A stretch of DNA of 64,000 nt from Spirochaetia bacterium. Its GTDB lineage: Bacteria > Spirochaetota > Spirochaetia > SZUA-6 > Bin103. The translations under genes were made by a program, and so were the position numbers. How positions within the stretch are numbered: position 1 is the first letter of the stretch; every line of letters starts with the position of its first letter. The stretch lies in NCBI GenBank assembly GCA_965199955.1, contig CBDATQ010000001.1:1120001-1184000 (forward strand). The letters run 5' to 3'. Positions 41,924 through 51,645 of this stretch are shown in pieces. Under the pieces are notes generated by a model, which was not told the DNA's origin, did not search any database, and worked only from the letters and a program-made list of their open reading frames with translations.

Positions 41924-44134
41924 GTGCGTCTTCCCCCAAGAACGCGTCCCGGCGGACTGCGCATTCCGGCGCAGGACGTGCAGGTCGCCCGCGAACGTTC
42001 CGGCACGCCGCGGATCCGCGCGCAGACGCTGGTCGACGGCTACTACGGCCTCGGCTTCATGCACGCGACCGATCGCCTGTTCCAGATATTCGCCACCCGC
42101 GCCCTGGGCGCCGGGCGGCTGGCCGAGGCGTTCGGCGATATCCCCAAGCTCATCGACAGCGACCGGCGCTCGCGGGCGCTCCGCCTGCACCAGGTGTCGG
42201 ACGAGGATCTGGCAGGCTTGGGAGAGCACGCCATGTCGGTCGTTCGCTCGTACTGCGCCGGCCTCAACGACGTCATCGGCAGCGGCCATCGGCCCTTCGA
42301 GCTACGGCTCACCGGCAACCGCGTCGAACCGTTCACGCCCGCGGACCTCCTCTGTTGCCTGAGAGCCATCGCCTACATCGGACTCGACGACGGCCAGGGC
42401 GACATGGAGCTCGCGATCGCGCGGGCGCTGGCTGTCGATCCGGGGAAGCTGCGTGCGTGGAGCCAGTTGTTCGGCCGGCCGGCCAACGGATATCGGCAGG
42501 GGGACTACCGGCGCCTGGTGGTGGACGGCCACGGTGTGGCGAACGGCCACGATGTGGCGGAGGCCGAGGCCGAACGGCCGGGTGGCGAGGGCATTGCGAT
42601 GCCGCCGTCACCGGGCGGCAGCAACGCATGGGCTGTCGCCGGCGGGCTGACGGCATCCGGCAGGCCGCTGCTGTGCAACGACCCGCACCTGGACATCACC
42701 AGCCTGCCGGCGGTCTGGTACGAAGCGGTGATCGAGACGCCGGAGCTCTGGGTCATGGGAGCCACGGTGGCCGGCGGGCCGGTGTTCGCGTCCGGGTGGA
42801 ATCGTAACCTGGCGTGGGGGGTCACCTATGCGCACGCGGACAGCGAAGACCTGTTCGTGGAGGAGTGCCGCGACGGTCGCTTTCTGCGCGGCGGCCGCTG
42901 GCATCCGTTCCCGGTGCGTCAGGAGGAGATCCGCACCCGGTCCGGCCGGTCGGAGCTCGCCGCCTTCCACGAGACCGAGCACGGCGCTCTGGCCGGCAAC
43001 CCGCACACGGCCGGGCGCTATCTGACCCGCCGATGGGCGGGAGAAGCGCCGCTGGCCGGGAGCAGCATGGCCGGAATCATCGCCCTGAACGCCGCCCGCG
43101 ACCTGGACGAGGGGCTGGCCGCGATCGATACGATCCGTCTGCCGGGTCTCCACTGGGTGCTGTCCGACCGGAGCGGCCGCATCGGCCGGCGCATGAACGC
43201 CGCGGTTCCTGTTCGGGGCGGAGGCCTGAGCGGCCTGCTGCCGATGCCGGCATGGCGGGGCGGCGTGGGTTGGGACGGGATGTGGGAGGCCGCCCGGTTT
43301 CCGCCGGAGCGCGATCCTGCGTCGGGCATCCTGGTCGTGGCAAATCAGCCGTTCGACGGCGACGCTTCGGCACAGACCATGACCGCCTCCGCCGACCGCG
43401 CGGACCGGATCCGGCAGATGCTTGAGGCCGGTCACGACGGAACCGGTGGACCGCTGACCGAGCGCGACATGATGAAGATCCAGACCGACGTGTACTCGCT
43501 GCGCGCGGAGCGGATCCTGAGCTTTCTGCGCGACCGCCTGCGCCTGCATCCGCTCGGCCGCCGGCTGCTGTCCTGGGACTGCTGCATGGAGGCCGACAGC
43601 CGCGAGGCGACCTCGTTTTCCGAGTTCGTCCATGGTCTTCTGCTGGCGACGTGCAAGGCCGTGCTGTTCCCGGCCGGGACGTTGGCGGCAGCCGCCGGCG
43701 GCTCGTTCTTCACGTTCAACTTCCGGCTCATCGAGGAAGCGTGGATCGCTGCCCGCCCGCCGTTCGCGGCGGTCGACTGGGACACGATCGTGCCGGCCGT
43801 CCTGGATTGGGTGGGGGCGGAACAGCCGCCTTGGGGAGAGGACCCGATCGTCGTCAACCACGTGCTGCTGGGCGAAACGCCCGTCGGGCGCTTTCTGCGC
43901 GCGGGACCCTTTCTGGCGCGCGGCGACGCCTCGACCGTCCAGCAGGGAAACCGGGTGGGCCGCCGCGCCAAGGCTACGGGTCCATCGTACCGGCTGATCG
44001 TGGACTTCGCCGACGAGATCGCCTTCACGGCGATGCCCGGCGGCGCCAGCGGCCGTCCGTCGTCGAAGTACTACCGCCACGGCGTCGGCGACTGGGCGGC
44101 CGGCCGTTACCGCCTGGTGGGACCGAAGGACTAG
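41924..44134 (+). CDS. Penicillin acylase family Ntn hydrolase
   Basis: GF.HA.DRLFQ, GSNAWAV nucleophile, NDPHL, PGGASG.P.S.YY; start uncertain. Confidence 0.88.
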   Translation: MRLPPRTRPGGLRIPAQDVQVARERSGTPRIRAQTLVDGYYGLGFMHATDRLFQIFATRALGAGRLAEAFGDIPKLIDSDRRSRALRLHQVSDEDLAGLGEHAMSVVRSYCAGLNDVIGSGHRPFELRLTGNRVEPFTPADLLCCLRAIAYIGLDDGQGDMELAIARALAVDPGKLRAWSQLFGRPANGYRQGDYRRLVVDGHGVANGHDVAEAEAERPGGEGIAMPPSPGGSNAWAVAGGLTASGRPLLCNDPHLDITSLPAVWYEAVIETPELWVMGATVAGGPVFASGWNRNLAWGVTYAHADSEDLFVEECRDGRFLRGGRWHPFPVRQEEIRTRSGRSELAAFHETEHGALAGNPHTAGRYLTRRWAGEAPLAGSSMAGIIALNAARDLDEGLAAIDTIRLPGLHWVLSDRSGRIGRRMNAAVPVRGGGLSGLLPMPAWRGGVGWDGMWEAARFPPERDPASGILVVANQPFDGDASAQTMTASADRADRIRQMLEAGHDGTGGPLTERDMMKIQTDVYSLRAERILSFLRDRLRLHPLGRRLLSWDCCMEADSREATSFSEFVHGLLLATCKAVLFPAGTLAAAAGGSFFTFNFRLIEEAWIAARPPFAAVDWDTIVPAVLDWVGAEQPPWGEDPIVVNHVLLGETPVGRFLRAGPFLARGDASTVQQGNRVGRRAKATGPSYRLIVDFADEIAFTAMPGGASGRPSSKYYRHGVGDWAAGRYRLVGPKD

Positions 44135-45279
44135 CGCCCCGAGGTTTCGGCGCCAGAGGCGCTGGAACCTCGGCCCATCCCCTCCGTTGGCTTGGAGCGC
44201 ATCGGTTCCCGATGCGCTCCAAGCCGGGAACGGGTAGTCCCGTCGCCTGCGGCGCCGTATTGGCGCGCCGTCTCACGCGACAGCCCGGCGCGCCGCCGTC
44301 GGTACTCCGGCAGCTCGATCATCGGCGGGCGCTCGATCTCCTCGATCTCGCTCACGAGGTGCTCGTAATCCCGGTCCCGTGACCGGAACTGGTGCAACGC
44401 CGTGCCGAGAACGGGCGTCGCCCCGATCGTTCCGTGCGCGGTCGCCCGCCGCAGGAACGCCTGCAGGATCCGGAACGCCATCTTGCCCAGCGCCTGCGTG
44501 TCCTGGTTGTAGTGCACGCGCCGATCCAGGTCGGTCTGGGCGATCGCGTCGAGCCCGTGCCGGTGGTAGACGTCGATCAGGTGCGAGGTCTCCACGCCGT
44601 AGCCGACCGGGAACGGGAGCTGTTCGAGCACGTCGCGCCGGGCAGCGTACTCGCCGGACAAGGGCTGGATGATCGTGGCCAACTCCGGGAAGAACAGCGA
44701 GAACAGCGGCCGCACCAGAATTTCGGTGACGCGGCCGCCGCCGGTGGGCCGCATTTCCTTCGGCATCGCCACCGGACGGTCGTAGAACGCCTTGACGTAG
44801 CCGATTTCCGGGCGGGCCAGCAGGGGTCCGACCAGGCCGTACACGAAGCGGGGATGGATGTTGCGGATGTCGGCGTCGATGTAGACGATGATGTCGCCCC
44901 GGAGCTGGTAGATCGCCTTCCACAGGTTCTCGCCCTTGCCGCGGTGCCGCGGCAGGTGCGGGAGGATCTCGTCTGCCAGGTAGACGTCGGCGCCGAAGTC
45001 GCGGGCAACCTCCCGGGTGGCGTCCCGGGAGCCGGAGTCGAGCACGGCGATCTCGTCGAGCAGCGGATAGCGCTGCATGAGCTCGGACCGAAAGACGACG
45101 ACCTCCTTGCCGATGGTGAGCTCCTCGTTCAGGGCCGGAATGCACAGCGAGATGGAGGTACCAAGCCGCTCCTTGGCCGCGACCAGCGCGCCCAGGTCAT
45201 CGAAGTCCGAGTGGTGGTAGGTGTTGCGCTGCAGCCAGCCGTCGCCGGTGCCGCCGCCAGTCTCGCGGTCAGTCGACAC
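44131..45279 (-). CDS. gpgS: Glucosyl-3-phosphoglycerate synthase
   Basis: PALNEE, DSGS.D, GKGENLW, DADI, GGRVTE, QPLSGEYA, GYGVE, ERPPM. Confidence 0.92.
   Translation of the reverse strand: MSTDRETGGGTGDGWLQRNTYHHSDFDDLGALVAAKERLGTSISLCIPALNEELTIGKEVVVFRSELMQRYPLLDEIAVLDSGSRDATREVARDFGADVYLADEILPHLPRHRGKGENLWKAIYQLRGDIIVYIDADIRNIHPRFVYGLVGPLLARPEIGYVKAFYDRPVAMPKEMRPTGGGRVTEILVRPLFSLFFPELATIIQPLSGEYAARRDVLEQLPFPVGYGVETSHLIDVYHRHGLDAIAQTDLDRRVHYNQDTQALGKMAFRILQAFLRRATAHGTIGATPVLGTALHQFRSRDRDYEHLVSEIEEIERPPMIELPEYRRRRAGLSRETARQYGAAGDGTTRSRLGAHREPMRSKPTEGMGRGSSASGAETSGR
44189..44225. repeat. Perfect 17-bp inverted repeat (REP-like / bidirectional terminator candidate)
   Basis: GGCTTGGAGCGCATCGG-TTC-CCGATGCGCTCCAAGCC. 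Confidence 0.85.
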
Positions 45280-46441
45280 AGTAACCCCCGTCGATGGCCA
45301 GCAGGATGCCGAGGAGCTGCGTGAGCCCGGTCGCCATCGGCTCGATGAAGACCGTCTCGTTCGCTTCGCCGGGATGAGCGCTCTCGGTGATGCCGATGGT
45401 GATCGCCGGGAGCCGGCGGTCGATCAACGCCGCCAGCTCGGAGGTGCTCGGCGTCATGCGCGGCGAGAGCCCCAGCCGGCTCATGATCCGCAGCGCGCGG
45501 TCCACCAGGGGATGATCAAGACCGATGCCGCCGGGATGGCACCGGGCGACGAGCTCGAGCTCGACATGCTCGCCGCGCTGGGCGGCGACCTGCTGCGCGA
45601 TCCTGCCGATGGAGTGCAGTAGCGATGCCACGACGTGTCCCGACTCGCTGCGCGCTTCGAATCCGAGCGTCGCCCGCGTCGCCACGGTGTGGGCGGCGGT
45701 GCCGCCCCTTACCTCGCCCAGCACGACGGTGGAACGCGGCCGGCGCGGCATCGGCAGCGCCAGGACGCGGTTGATCACCTCGTTGACCGTGACGATGGCG
45801 CTGGCTTCGCCGAAGCGGGTCCAGTCGTGCTGTTCGGGGATGCGGCAGATCACGTCTCCGCGGATCATGCCGATCGAGGTATGGCTCAGGAGTCCGAGGG
45901 GAGCCCCTTCCACGCACACCGCGGCGCGAATCGGCAGGCGCGGGTTCTCGAGGAAGAAGCGCAACCCGGCCAGGTTGCCGCGGCCGAGCGAGCGGGTCGT
46001 GCCGAGGAGCAGGAGATCGGAATGCAAGGTGAGCCGCAGGCGCTCCAGCAGGTGTGGGAGGGTCGCGAGCGTCGCCAGACCCAGCGAGTCGTCCGCGACC
46101 GACGCACCAACCACCCGGTCGGGTTGCACCTCGGTGACGTGCTCGGTCCCGTGCGGAAACAGGGTGTCCAGGTGAGCTGCCAGCAGGACGACACCGTCGC
46201 CACCGGCACCGGGATGGGTGGCGGCGACGTTGCCCAGATCGTCCTGCACGACGTCGGTCAGGCCGAACTGGCTGAACCGTTCCTGCAGGAATTCCGCCCG
46301 TTGCTGCTCGCCGAACGTGGGCGCCGGGATCTCCGAGATCATGGCCAGCTCCGCAAGCAAGGTGTGGCGGTCTTCGAAGACCTGCTCTCGCAGCGACGGC
46401 AGCCGGCCCAGGATGAGCTCGAACGGGGGTAGGGGAGCCAT
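45269..46441 (-). CDS. M20/M25/M40 peptidase-fold protein with altered active site
   Basis: IPAPTFGE, DDLGNV, AHLDT, ADDSLG; expected EE replaced by RS in TTRSLGRGNLAG. Confidence 0.8.
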   Translation of the reverse strand: MAPLPPFELILGRLPSLREQVFEDRHTLLAELAMISEIPAPTFGEQQRAEFLQERFSQFGLTDVVQDDLGNVAATHPGAGGDGVVLLAAHLDTLFPHGTEHVTEVQPDRVVGASVADDSLGLATLATLPHLLERLRLTLHSDLLLLGTTRSLGRGNLAGLRFFLENPRLPIRAAVCVEGAPLGLLSHTSIGMIRGDVICRIPEQHDWTRFGEASAIVTVNEVINRVLALPMPRRPRSTVVLGEVRGGTAAHTVATRATLGFEARSESGHVVASLLHSIGRIAQQVAAQRGEHVELELVARCHPGGIGLDHPLVDRALRIMSRLGLSPRMTPSTSELAALIDRRLPAITIGITESAHPGEANETVFIEPMATGLTQLLGILLAIDGGYCVD

Positions 46442-46487
46442 CAGGTCACGATGAAGGTAGCGCGCTGCGTTGCGGCTCCCAAAGCAC

Positions 46488-47984
46488 TCACAGCGGGTCG
46501 AGCAGCAGGCGCTGATACGGCGCGGCGGCGAACCGTGCGGCCACGGAAGCGGCATCCGCCATGCCTTCGCCGCCGGCCGCCGGCTTCCACGACAGCGCTT
46601 CCGCCGCCCGCGCAGCGAACGCGGCCGCGCCGAAGCGCCGCTCCAGCAGGTCGTCAGCGCGGTCCGGGGGGTGCGGTGGATGCACCGCTCGTACCCGCTC
46701 GATCAGGTCGGCGTTGGCCGCACGGTGACGGCGCAGCTCCGTGTCGCACGTGCAGCGAACGGCGACTGCCTGTTGCAGCTCCACGCTGAGGTACGAGTAG
46801 TCGACCAGCGGCCCGCCGGTGCCGGCAGCCACCTGGTCGGCGACCTGGTCCAGAGTCGCCCGCGGGACGTACGGCCGCAGGCGCTTCAGGCGCGCGCGGT
46901 AGCGGCCGCCCAGGTGCAGGCGGTCGGCGCGGGTCAGCGGAAACTGGAGCCGGTCGTAGAGCACCGTCGACCGAGGATGCAGCAGGTCTCGAACCCCGTC
47001 GATCGCGTCGATGTCGCGGGCGATCAGGGGCAGGCCCCACTGGCGGGCATGCAGAAACTGGTAGCCGAAGCCCTCCTCGATGGAGCTGGAGACGACCGCG
47101 CCGGCGCCGGCCGCGAGCGCGCCGAGCGACCGGTCGCGAAAGCGGGGCTGGCCGCCGAATCCGACCCGGCCGGGCAGCGTGCCGTCGCGAAACAGGGCGC
47201 CCGCCTGGCGATGGTAGGAGGCCTCCGCCGCCGAGCTCGCCGGCAGGGTGACTCCCACCGCCGCGCGACCGGCCATCCGCGCCAGCAGTCCTGCCTCCAG
47301 CACGTTCTTGCGCCGGCGGATGCGCACCGGATAGAGCCAGAGGCGGCGGCCGCCCGGCATCAACGGCGCCGTGCTCGCGCTTCCGACTTCGACCGGACTG
47401 GGCGCAACGGGGTTCCACAGCAGGTGCAGGTACCCGTGCGGGATGCCGGCGGCGGCCAGCGCCGTGTGGTCGCGGCGATTGATGACCGCGTAGCGAAGAC
47501 GGGGTCCGAACGGATACAGGTCGGTCCCTACGGCGGCTCGTACCTGTTGGTATCCCTCGATCCTGCCGCACTCCGGGAAGTCGTGGATCTGCAGCAGGAC
47601 GCGCGTATCGCCGCGTGCCGCGCCGCGCAGCAACGCCCGGGTGAACGGGACGTTCTTGCCCACGTGATGGTTGTGGATCCACCAGACCGTATCCGGGCCG
47701 CTGACCGCGGCAAGGCTCCAGTCGTCAGGGTTCGTGGACCCCCGGACGTCGTAGTCCAGGAACGGGTCGACCGTGGCCCGCACCACGGTGTCGGCGCCTG
47801 CGTCCACCGCGGCCGCCTGCAGCGAGCCGCGCAGCGCCTCCACGCCGTCGAGGCGTCCGGCGATGAGACGGATCGAGCGCAGCAGGCCCGGCCGGTGCTC
47901 GAGGATCGCCCGCAGCCCGTCGCGGATGACGCTGGTGACCCCGCCCGGCAGCAGGTGGTAGTGGACGACCGCGAGATCGATCAT
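46488..47984 (-). CDS. GT-B glycosyltransferase
   Basis: HYHL.PGGVT.VI, HNHHVGKN, HDFPE, YPVR..RRKN, SIEEGFG. Confidence 0.85.
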   Translation of the reverse strand: MIDLAVVHYHLLPGGVTSVIRDGLRAILEHRPGLLRSIRLIAGRLDGVEALRGSLQAAAVDAGADTVVRATVDPFLDYDVRGSTNPDDWSLAAVSGPDTVWWIHNHHVGKNVPFTRALLRGAARGDTRVLLQIHDFPECGRIEGYQQVRAAVGTDLYPFGPRLRYAVINRRDHTALAAAGIPHGYLHLLWNPVAPSPVEVGSASTAPLMPGGRRLWLYPVRIRRRKNVLEAGLLARMAGRAAVGVTLPASSAAEASYHRQAGALFRDGTLPGRVGFGGQPRFRDRSLGALAAGAGAVVSSSIEEGFGYQFLHARQWGLPLIARDIDAIDGVRDLLHPRSTVLYDRLQFPLTRADRLHLGGRYRARLKRLRPYVPRATLDQVADQVAAGTGGPLVDYSYLSVELQQAVAVRCTCDTELRRHRAANADLIERVRAVHPPHPPDRADDLLERRFGAAAFAARAAEALSWKPAAGGEGMADAASVAARFAAAPYQRLLLDPL

Positions 47985-48053
47985 TCGGGTTCGATCATTC
48001 GGGTTCGACCGGGAGTCAGGCAGGAGAGCCGTTGCGCGGCGGTGCGGCCGTGC

Positions 48054-48824
48054 TCAGAAGCTGCTGCCCACCGAGCGCGCCTTTTCCGAGTCCTTCTCTT
48101 CCTCGGCGTCCCGCTGCCGGCGCGCCGCATCGACGTACTGCTCCCAGAGGGCGCGGTCGCGGTACACGATGTCCGCATTGCTGGACACCAGGATGTTCTG
48201 GAACACCATGAGATACACGTCGATGTCCGGCGGCTCCCAGATGGAAATGCGCGCCGCCAGGGCAAAGATCTGGCCGAACGGCTGGTATCCCACCTCGTAG
48301 CTGTCGGCGTCCAGCTCCAGGGCGTCGCTGATCGACTCTTCCAGGCCCTCGGATACGGCAAGGTGACTTCCCGCGCCGGAGGTGTTCAGCGTCTTGCGCG
48401 CCATGAAGAGCCGGTAGGAGTCGGGTTGATCGGGCGCGTCGGGGTACCTGAAGAAGTACAGCTCCAGGGCGATCACGTTCTCCCACGTGCGGTGGCTGAC
48501 CCGGTACATGCGCGTCACCGCGGTGTTGAGCTCGTGGACGCCGAGCACGTTCGGATACGCGCCGGCGGTGAAGAAGTCGCGCAGCACCTCGTAGTGGCCG
48601 ATGAACTGCGCCGCGCCTCCGTCGTCGGTATCGATCGTGGCGCCGCTCAGATCTCCCAGGACCTCGCGTGCGGTGGCGCCGAAGGGAATGGTGCTGTAGC
48701 CGTATTCCGGGGGCGGCGCCGCGGCAGAGGACTGAGCGACGGCGGACGGCGTGCCGGCGAGCGTGCACGCCAGGACCACGGCGGCCGTCCGGATTGCCGG
48801 CGGAACGAGCCGTGGTCGGCACAC
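48054..48824 (-). CDS. Secreted hypothetical protein
   Basis: Signal-like N-terminus (..SAVA), IPFGAT..EV motif, coding-like codon use. Confidence 0.65.
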   Translation of the reverse strand: MCRPRLVPPAIRTAAVVLACTLAGTPSAVAQSSAAAPPPEYGYSTIPFGATAREVLGDLSGATIDTDDGGAAQFIGHYEVLRDFFTAGAYPNVLGVHELNTAVTRMYRVSHRTWENVIALELYFFRYPDAPDQPDSYRLFMARKTLNTSGAGSHLAVSEGLEESISDALELDADSYEVGYQPFGQIFALAARISIWEPPDIDVYLMVFQNILVSSNADIVYRDRALWEQYVDAARRQRDAEEEKDSEKARSVGSSF

Positions 48825-48830
48825 GGCGCG

Positions 48831-49343
48831 TCAGCCCGCCGTGCCGGAGGTGTCGGGCGTGCGCTCGGCGAGCTTCTGGTCGAATACGAACAGCCCCACT
48901 TCAGAGTCACCGATCCGGTTGATCTGCGTGAGCAGCTCGCTGAACAGCGCTTCCTCTTCCACCTGCTCGGTCACGAACCAGTCCAGGAACACCTGCGTGG
49001 CGCGGTCCTTCTCCGTCATGGCCACCTCCACCAGCGCGTCGATCGCCCCGGACACCTCGGACTCCTCGCGGAACGCGTCCGCGAAGGCCTCGCGCGGCGA
49101 CGCGGCCGGGGCCGGGGGAGCGGGCACCGCGGCCAGCGTGACCGTGCCGCCGCGTGCCAGGATGTAGTCGAAGATCTTCATCGCGTGCACCCGTTCCTCC
49201 TCGGCATGAGTGCGGAACCAGTGCGCCAGTCCCGGCAGGCTCTGGGCGCCGAAGTGGGCGGCGAGGCTCAGGTACGTGTAGGAGGAGGCGAGCTCTGCGT
49301 TGAGCTGGTCGTTCAGGGCAAGGCTCATCTTTTCCATCAGCAT
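48831..49343 (-). CDS. ftnA: Non-heme ferritin
   Basis: LNDQLNAE..SSY.Y, EEE..H, FL.WFV.EQVEEE ferroxidase ligands. Confidence 0.92.
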   Translation of the reverse strand: MLMEKMSLALNDQLNAELASSYTYLSLAAHFGAQSLPGLAHWFRTHAEEERVHAMKIFDYILARGGTVTLAAVPAPPAPAASPREAFADAFREESEVSGAIDALVEVAMTEKDRATQVFLDWFVTEQVEEEALFSELLTQINRIGDSEVGLFVFDQKLAERTPDTSGTAG

Positions 49344-49406
49344 GCGGAGAAGATACCGTTGATGGCGCCCGCGGGCCATGCTTAGCTTGGACCGGCAGGC
49401 ATACGG

Positions 49407-50378
49407 GTGAGCTATCGCGTCGCGATCATCGACGATCGTTTCGAGGCACACGATCAGGAGCGGGCGGTCCTGGCGCCGATCGCGACCCTGGAGGTCGAGC
49501 GGTCCACCGATCCCGCCGACATCGCCGCCGCCTGCCGCGACGCCGACGCCGTGATCGTCAACCTGGAGCCGGTACCGCGGTGGATCATCGAGGGGATGCG
49601 GCGCTGCAAGATCATCTGCCGCTACGGCGTCGGCTACGACAACGTCGACATCGACGCGGCCACCGAGTGCGGCATCTGGGTCGCGCGGGTGCCGGATTAC
49701 GGCATCGAGGACGTGTCCGACCACGCGCTGGCCCTGTTCCTGGCCTGCGTCCGCAAGATCCCGTACACCGACCGGGGCATCCGCGACGGCGGCTGGGGGT
49801 TTCCGAGGAACCGCCCGTCCTACCGTATCCGCGGCAAGACCTTCGGCCTGCTGGGCTACGGGGCGATCGCGCGCGCGGTGCACCGCAAGCTGTCCGGACT
49901 GGGGCTGGCGCGCGTGCTGGCGCACGATCCGTACGTGGACGCTGCCGAAATCAGGGCTGCCGGCGCCGAGCCGGCGGGAGTCGACGAGCTGCTGGCCGCG
50001 TCGGACTACGTATCGATCCACACGCCGCTGACGGCCGGGACGCGCGGCATGCTCGACCAGGCGCGGCTCGCGGCGATGAAGCCGACGGCGATCATCGTCA
50101 ACACCGCGCGCGGCGGGATCATCGACGAGCCCGCGCTGGCCGCCGCGTTGCGCGCCGGCCGCCTGGGCTACGCCGCGCTCGACGTGTTCGAAACGGAGCC
50201 GCTGGCGGCCGACAGTCCGCTGCGCGATCTGGACACCGTGATCCTGACCGACCACCACGCCTACTACACGGAGGAGTCGGTGGTCGAATTGAAGACCAAG
50301 GTGGCAGAGCGCGTGCGCACCGCCCTGGAGGGCGGGGTACCCGAGGCGGCGATCAACGATCCGCGCAAGCCGGCCTGA
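49407..50378 (+). CDS. D-2-hydroxyacid dehydrogenase (CtBP-like)
   Basis: RYGVGYDNVD, GYGAIA, NTARG, LDVFE.EP, H.AYY. Confidence 0.92.
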   Translation: MSYRVAIIDDRFEAHDQERAVLAPIATLEVERSTDPADIAAACRDADAVIVNLEPVPRWIIEGMRRCKIICRYGVGYDNVDIDAATECGIWVARVPDYGIEDVSDHALALFLACVRKIPYTDRGIRDGGWGFPRNRPSYRIRGKTFGLLGYGAIARAVHRKLSGLGLARVLAHDPYVDAAEIRAAGAEPAGVDELLAASDYVSIHTPLTAGTRGMLDQARLAAMKPTAIIVNTARGGIIDEPALAAALRAGRLGYAALDVFETEPLAADSPLRDLDTVILTDHHAYYTEESVVELKTKVAERVRTALEGGVPEAAINDPRKPA

Positions 50379-50399
50379 CCGCCGCCTGCCGAACGGCCG

Positions 50400-51476
50400 T
50401 CAGCGCGGCGTGAGGTCCACGGCCTGCGCCTGCGCCTGCAGGGACAGCTCGGCGGCCAGGAACGCATGCTCCTGGGTCATCGCGTTCTCGGTCCGTTCCA
50501 GGCAGTCCAGAATCAGGTCGCCGAAGAACGGAAAGCCGCTGGCGCCCACTTCCACGGAGCGCTCGCCCTTGCCGTCCACCAGGTTCAGCACCGGCCCCTC
50601 GCCGCGCGCCACGTCCACGTGCGCGCGCGCCTCCAGGTATCCCTCGGTGCCCATCACGAAGGTGCGGGAGTCGCCCCAGGAGCGCAGGCCGTCGGGGGTG
50701 AACCAGTCGACGCGGAAGTAGCAGGTGGCGCCGTCGACGGCCATGGTGGTCTGGCCGAAGTCCTCCAGCTCGGGATATTCCGGGTTTCCGTAGTTGGCCA
50801 CGGAGCTCGACAACACGCGCGCTCCGGCAGAGCCTGCGAAGCTCAGGAACTTCTCGGCCTGGTGTGAGCCCAGGTCGGCGATGATCCCGCCGTACTGCTC
50901 CTTGCGAAAGAACCAGTCGGGCCGCTTGTGCGCCTCCAGCCGGTGCGGGCCGAAGCTGTCGAGGTGCACGACGCGGCCGATAGCGCCGTCGTCGATGAGT
51001 TGGCCGGCGCGGATGACCGCCTCGTTGTGGAGCCGTTCCCCGTAGTAGACCATGAACTTGCGGCCGGTTTCGGCGGCCGCCGCGCGGGCCGACTCCAGTT
51101 GTCCGAGCGTCGTGAATGGGCACTTGTCGGTGAAGTAGTCCTTGCCTGAGCGCATCACCCGCTCGCCGACCGGACCGCGGTCGCACGGCACCGCGGCGGC
51201 GGCCACCAGCTTGACCTCCGGGTCGTCGAGCACCTCCTGCTCGCTGGCGGCGACGCGCGCATCCGGGAAGTCCTCCCGGAGCAGCGCCAGTTTGTCCGGA
51301 TCGCGGTCGTGGATGACCCGCACCTCGGCGCCGGCGCCGACCAGGGCCGCGCACATCGAGTGCAGGTGGCCGTGGGCCCTGTGGATGGCGGCGATCGGGA
51401 ATTCGCCGGGCTCGACCACGCGCCGGTACTCGCCCTCGGGCCGGTGGTCCATGCCGCTCGCTTTCGTTGATGCCAT
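50400..51476 (-). CDS. Gfo/Idh/MocA oxidoreductase
   Basis: HGH, DK.P, YGGII.DLGSHQ, VDWFTPDGL..WGD. Confidence 0.9.
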   Translation of the reverse strand: MASTKASGMDHRPEGEYRRVVEPGEFPIAAIHRAHGHLHSMCAALVGAGAEVRVIHDRDPDKLALLREDFPDARVAASEQEVLDDPEVKLVAAAAVPCDRGPVGERVMRSGKDYFTDKCPFTTLGQLESARAAAAETGRKFMVYYGERLHNEAVIRAGQLIDDGAIGRVVHLDSFGPHRLEAHKRPDWFFRKEQYGGIIADLGSHQAEKFLSFAGSAGARVLSSSVANYGNPEYPELEDFGQTTMAVDGATCYFRVDWFTPDGLRSWGDSRTFVMGTEGYLEARAHVDVARGEGPVLNLVDGKGERSVEVGASGFPFFGDLILDCLERTENAMTQEHAFLAAELSLQAQAQAVDLTPR

Positions 51477-51645
51477 CGTCGTCTCCTTCGCGGGTCGCTG
51501 TCGCGGCGGCATCGCCCCGGAATCGTCGCCTTCAGCTCCGGGTCCGGCCCATCCCCGCCCCAGCCACAAGTCTGTCGGACCGGCGCTTGCGCGGCAAGTC
51601 CGACAGGCTCATGGCGACGTGTGTGCTGGGCTACCATGGGTGGCG

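Noticed and set aside
46470..49385. 971-aa plus-strand ORF
   Set aside because: Antisense to glycosyltransferase, hypothetical and ferritin genes; no domain-like content
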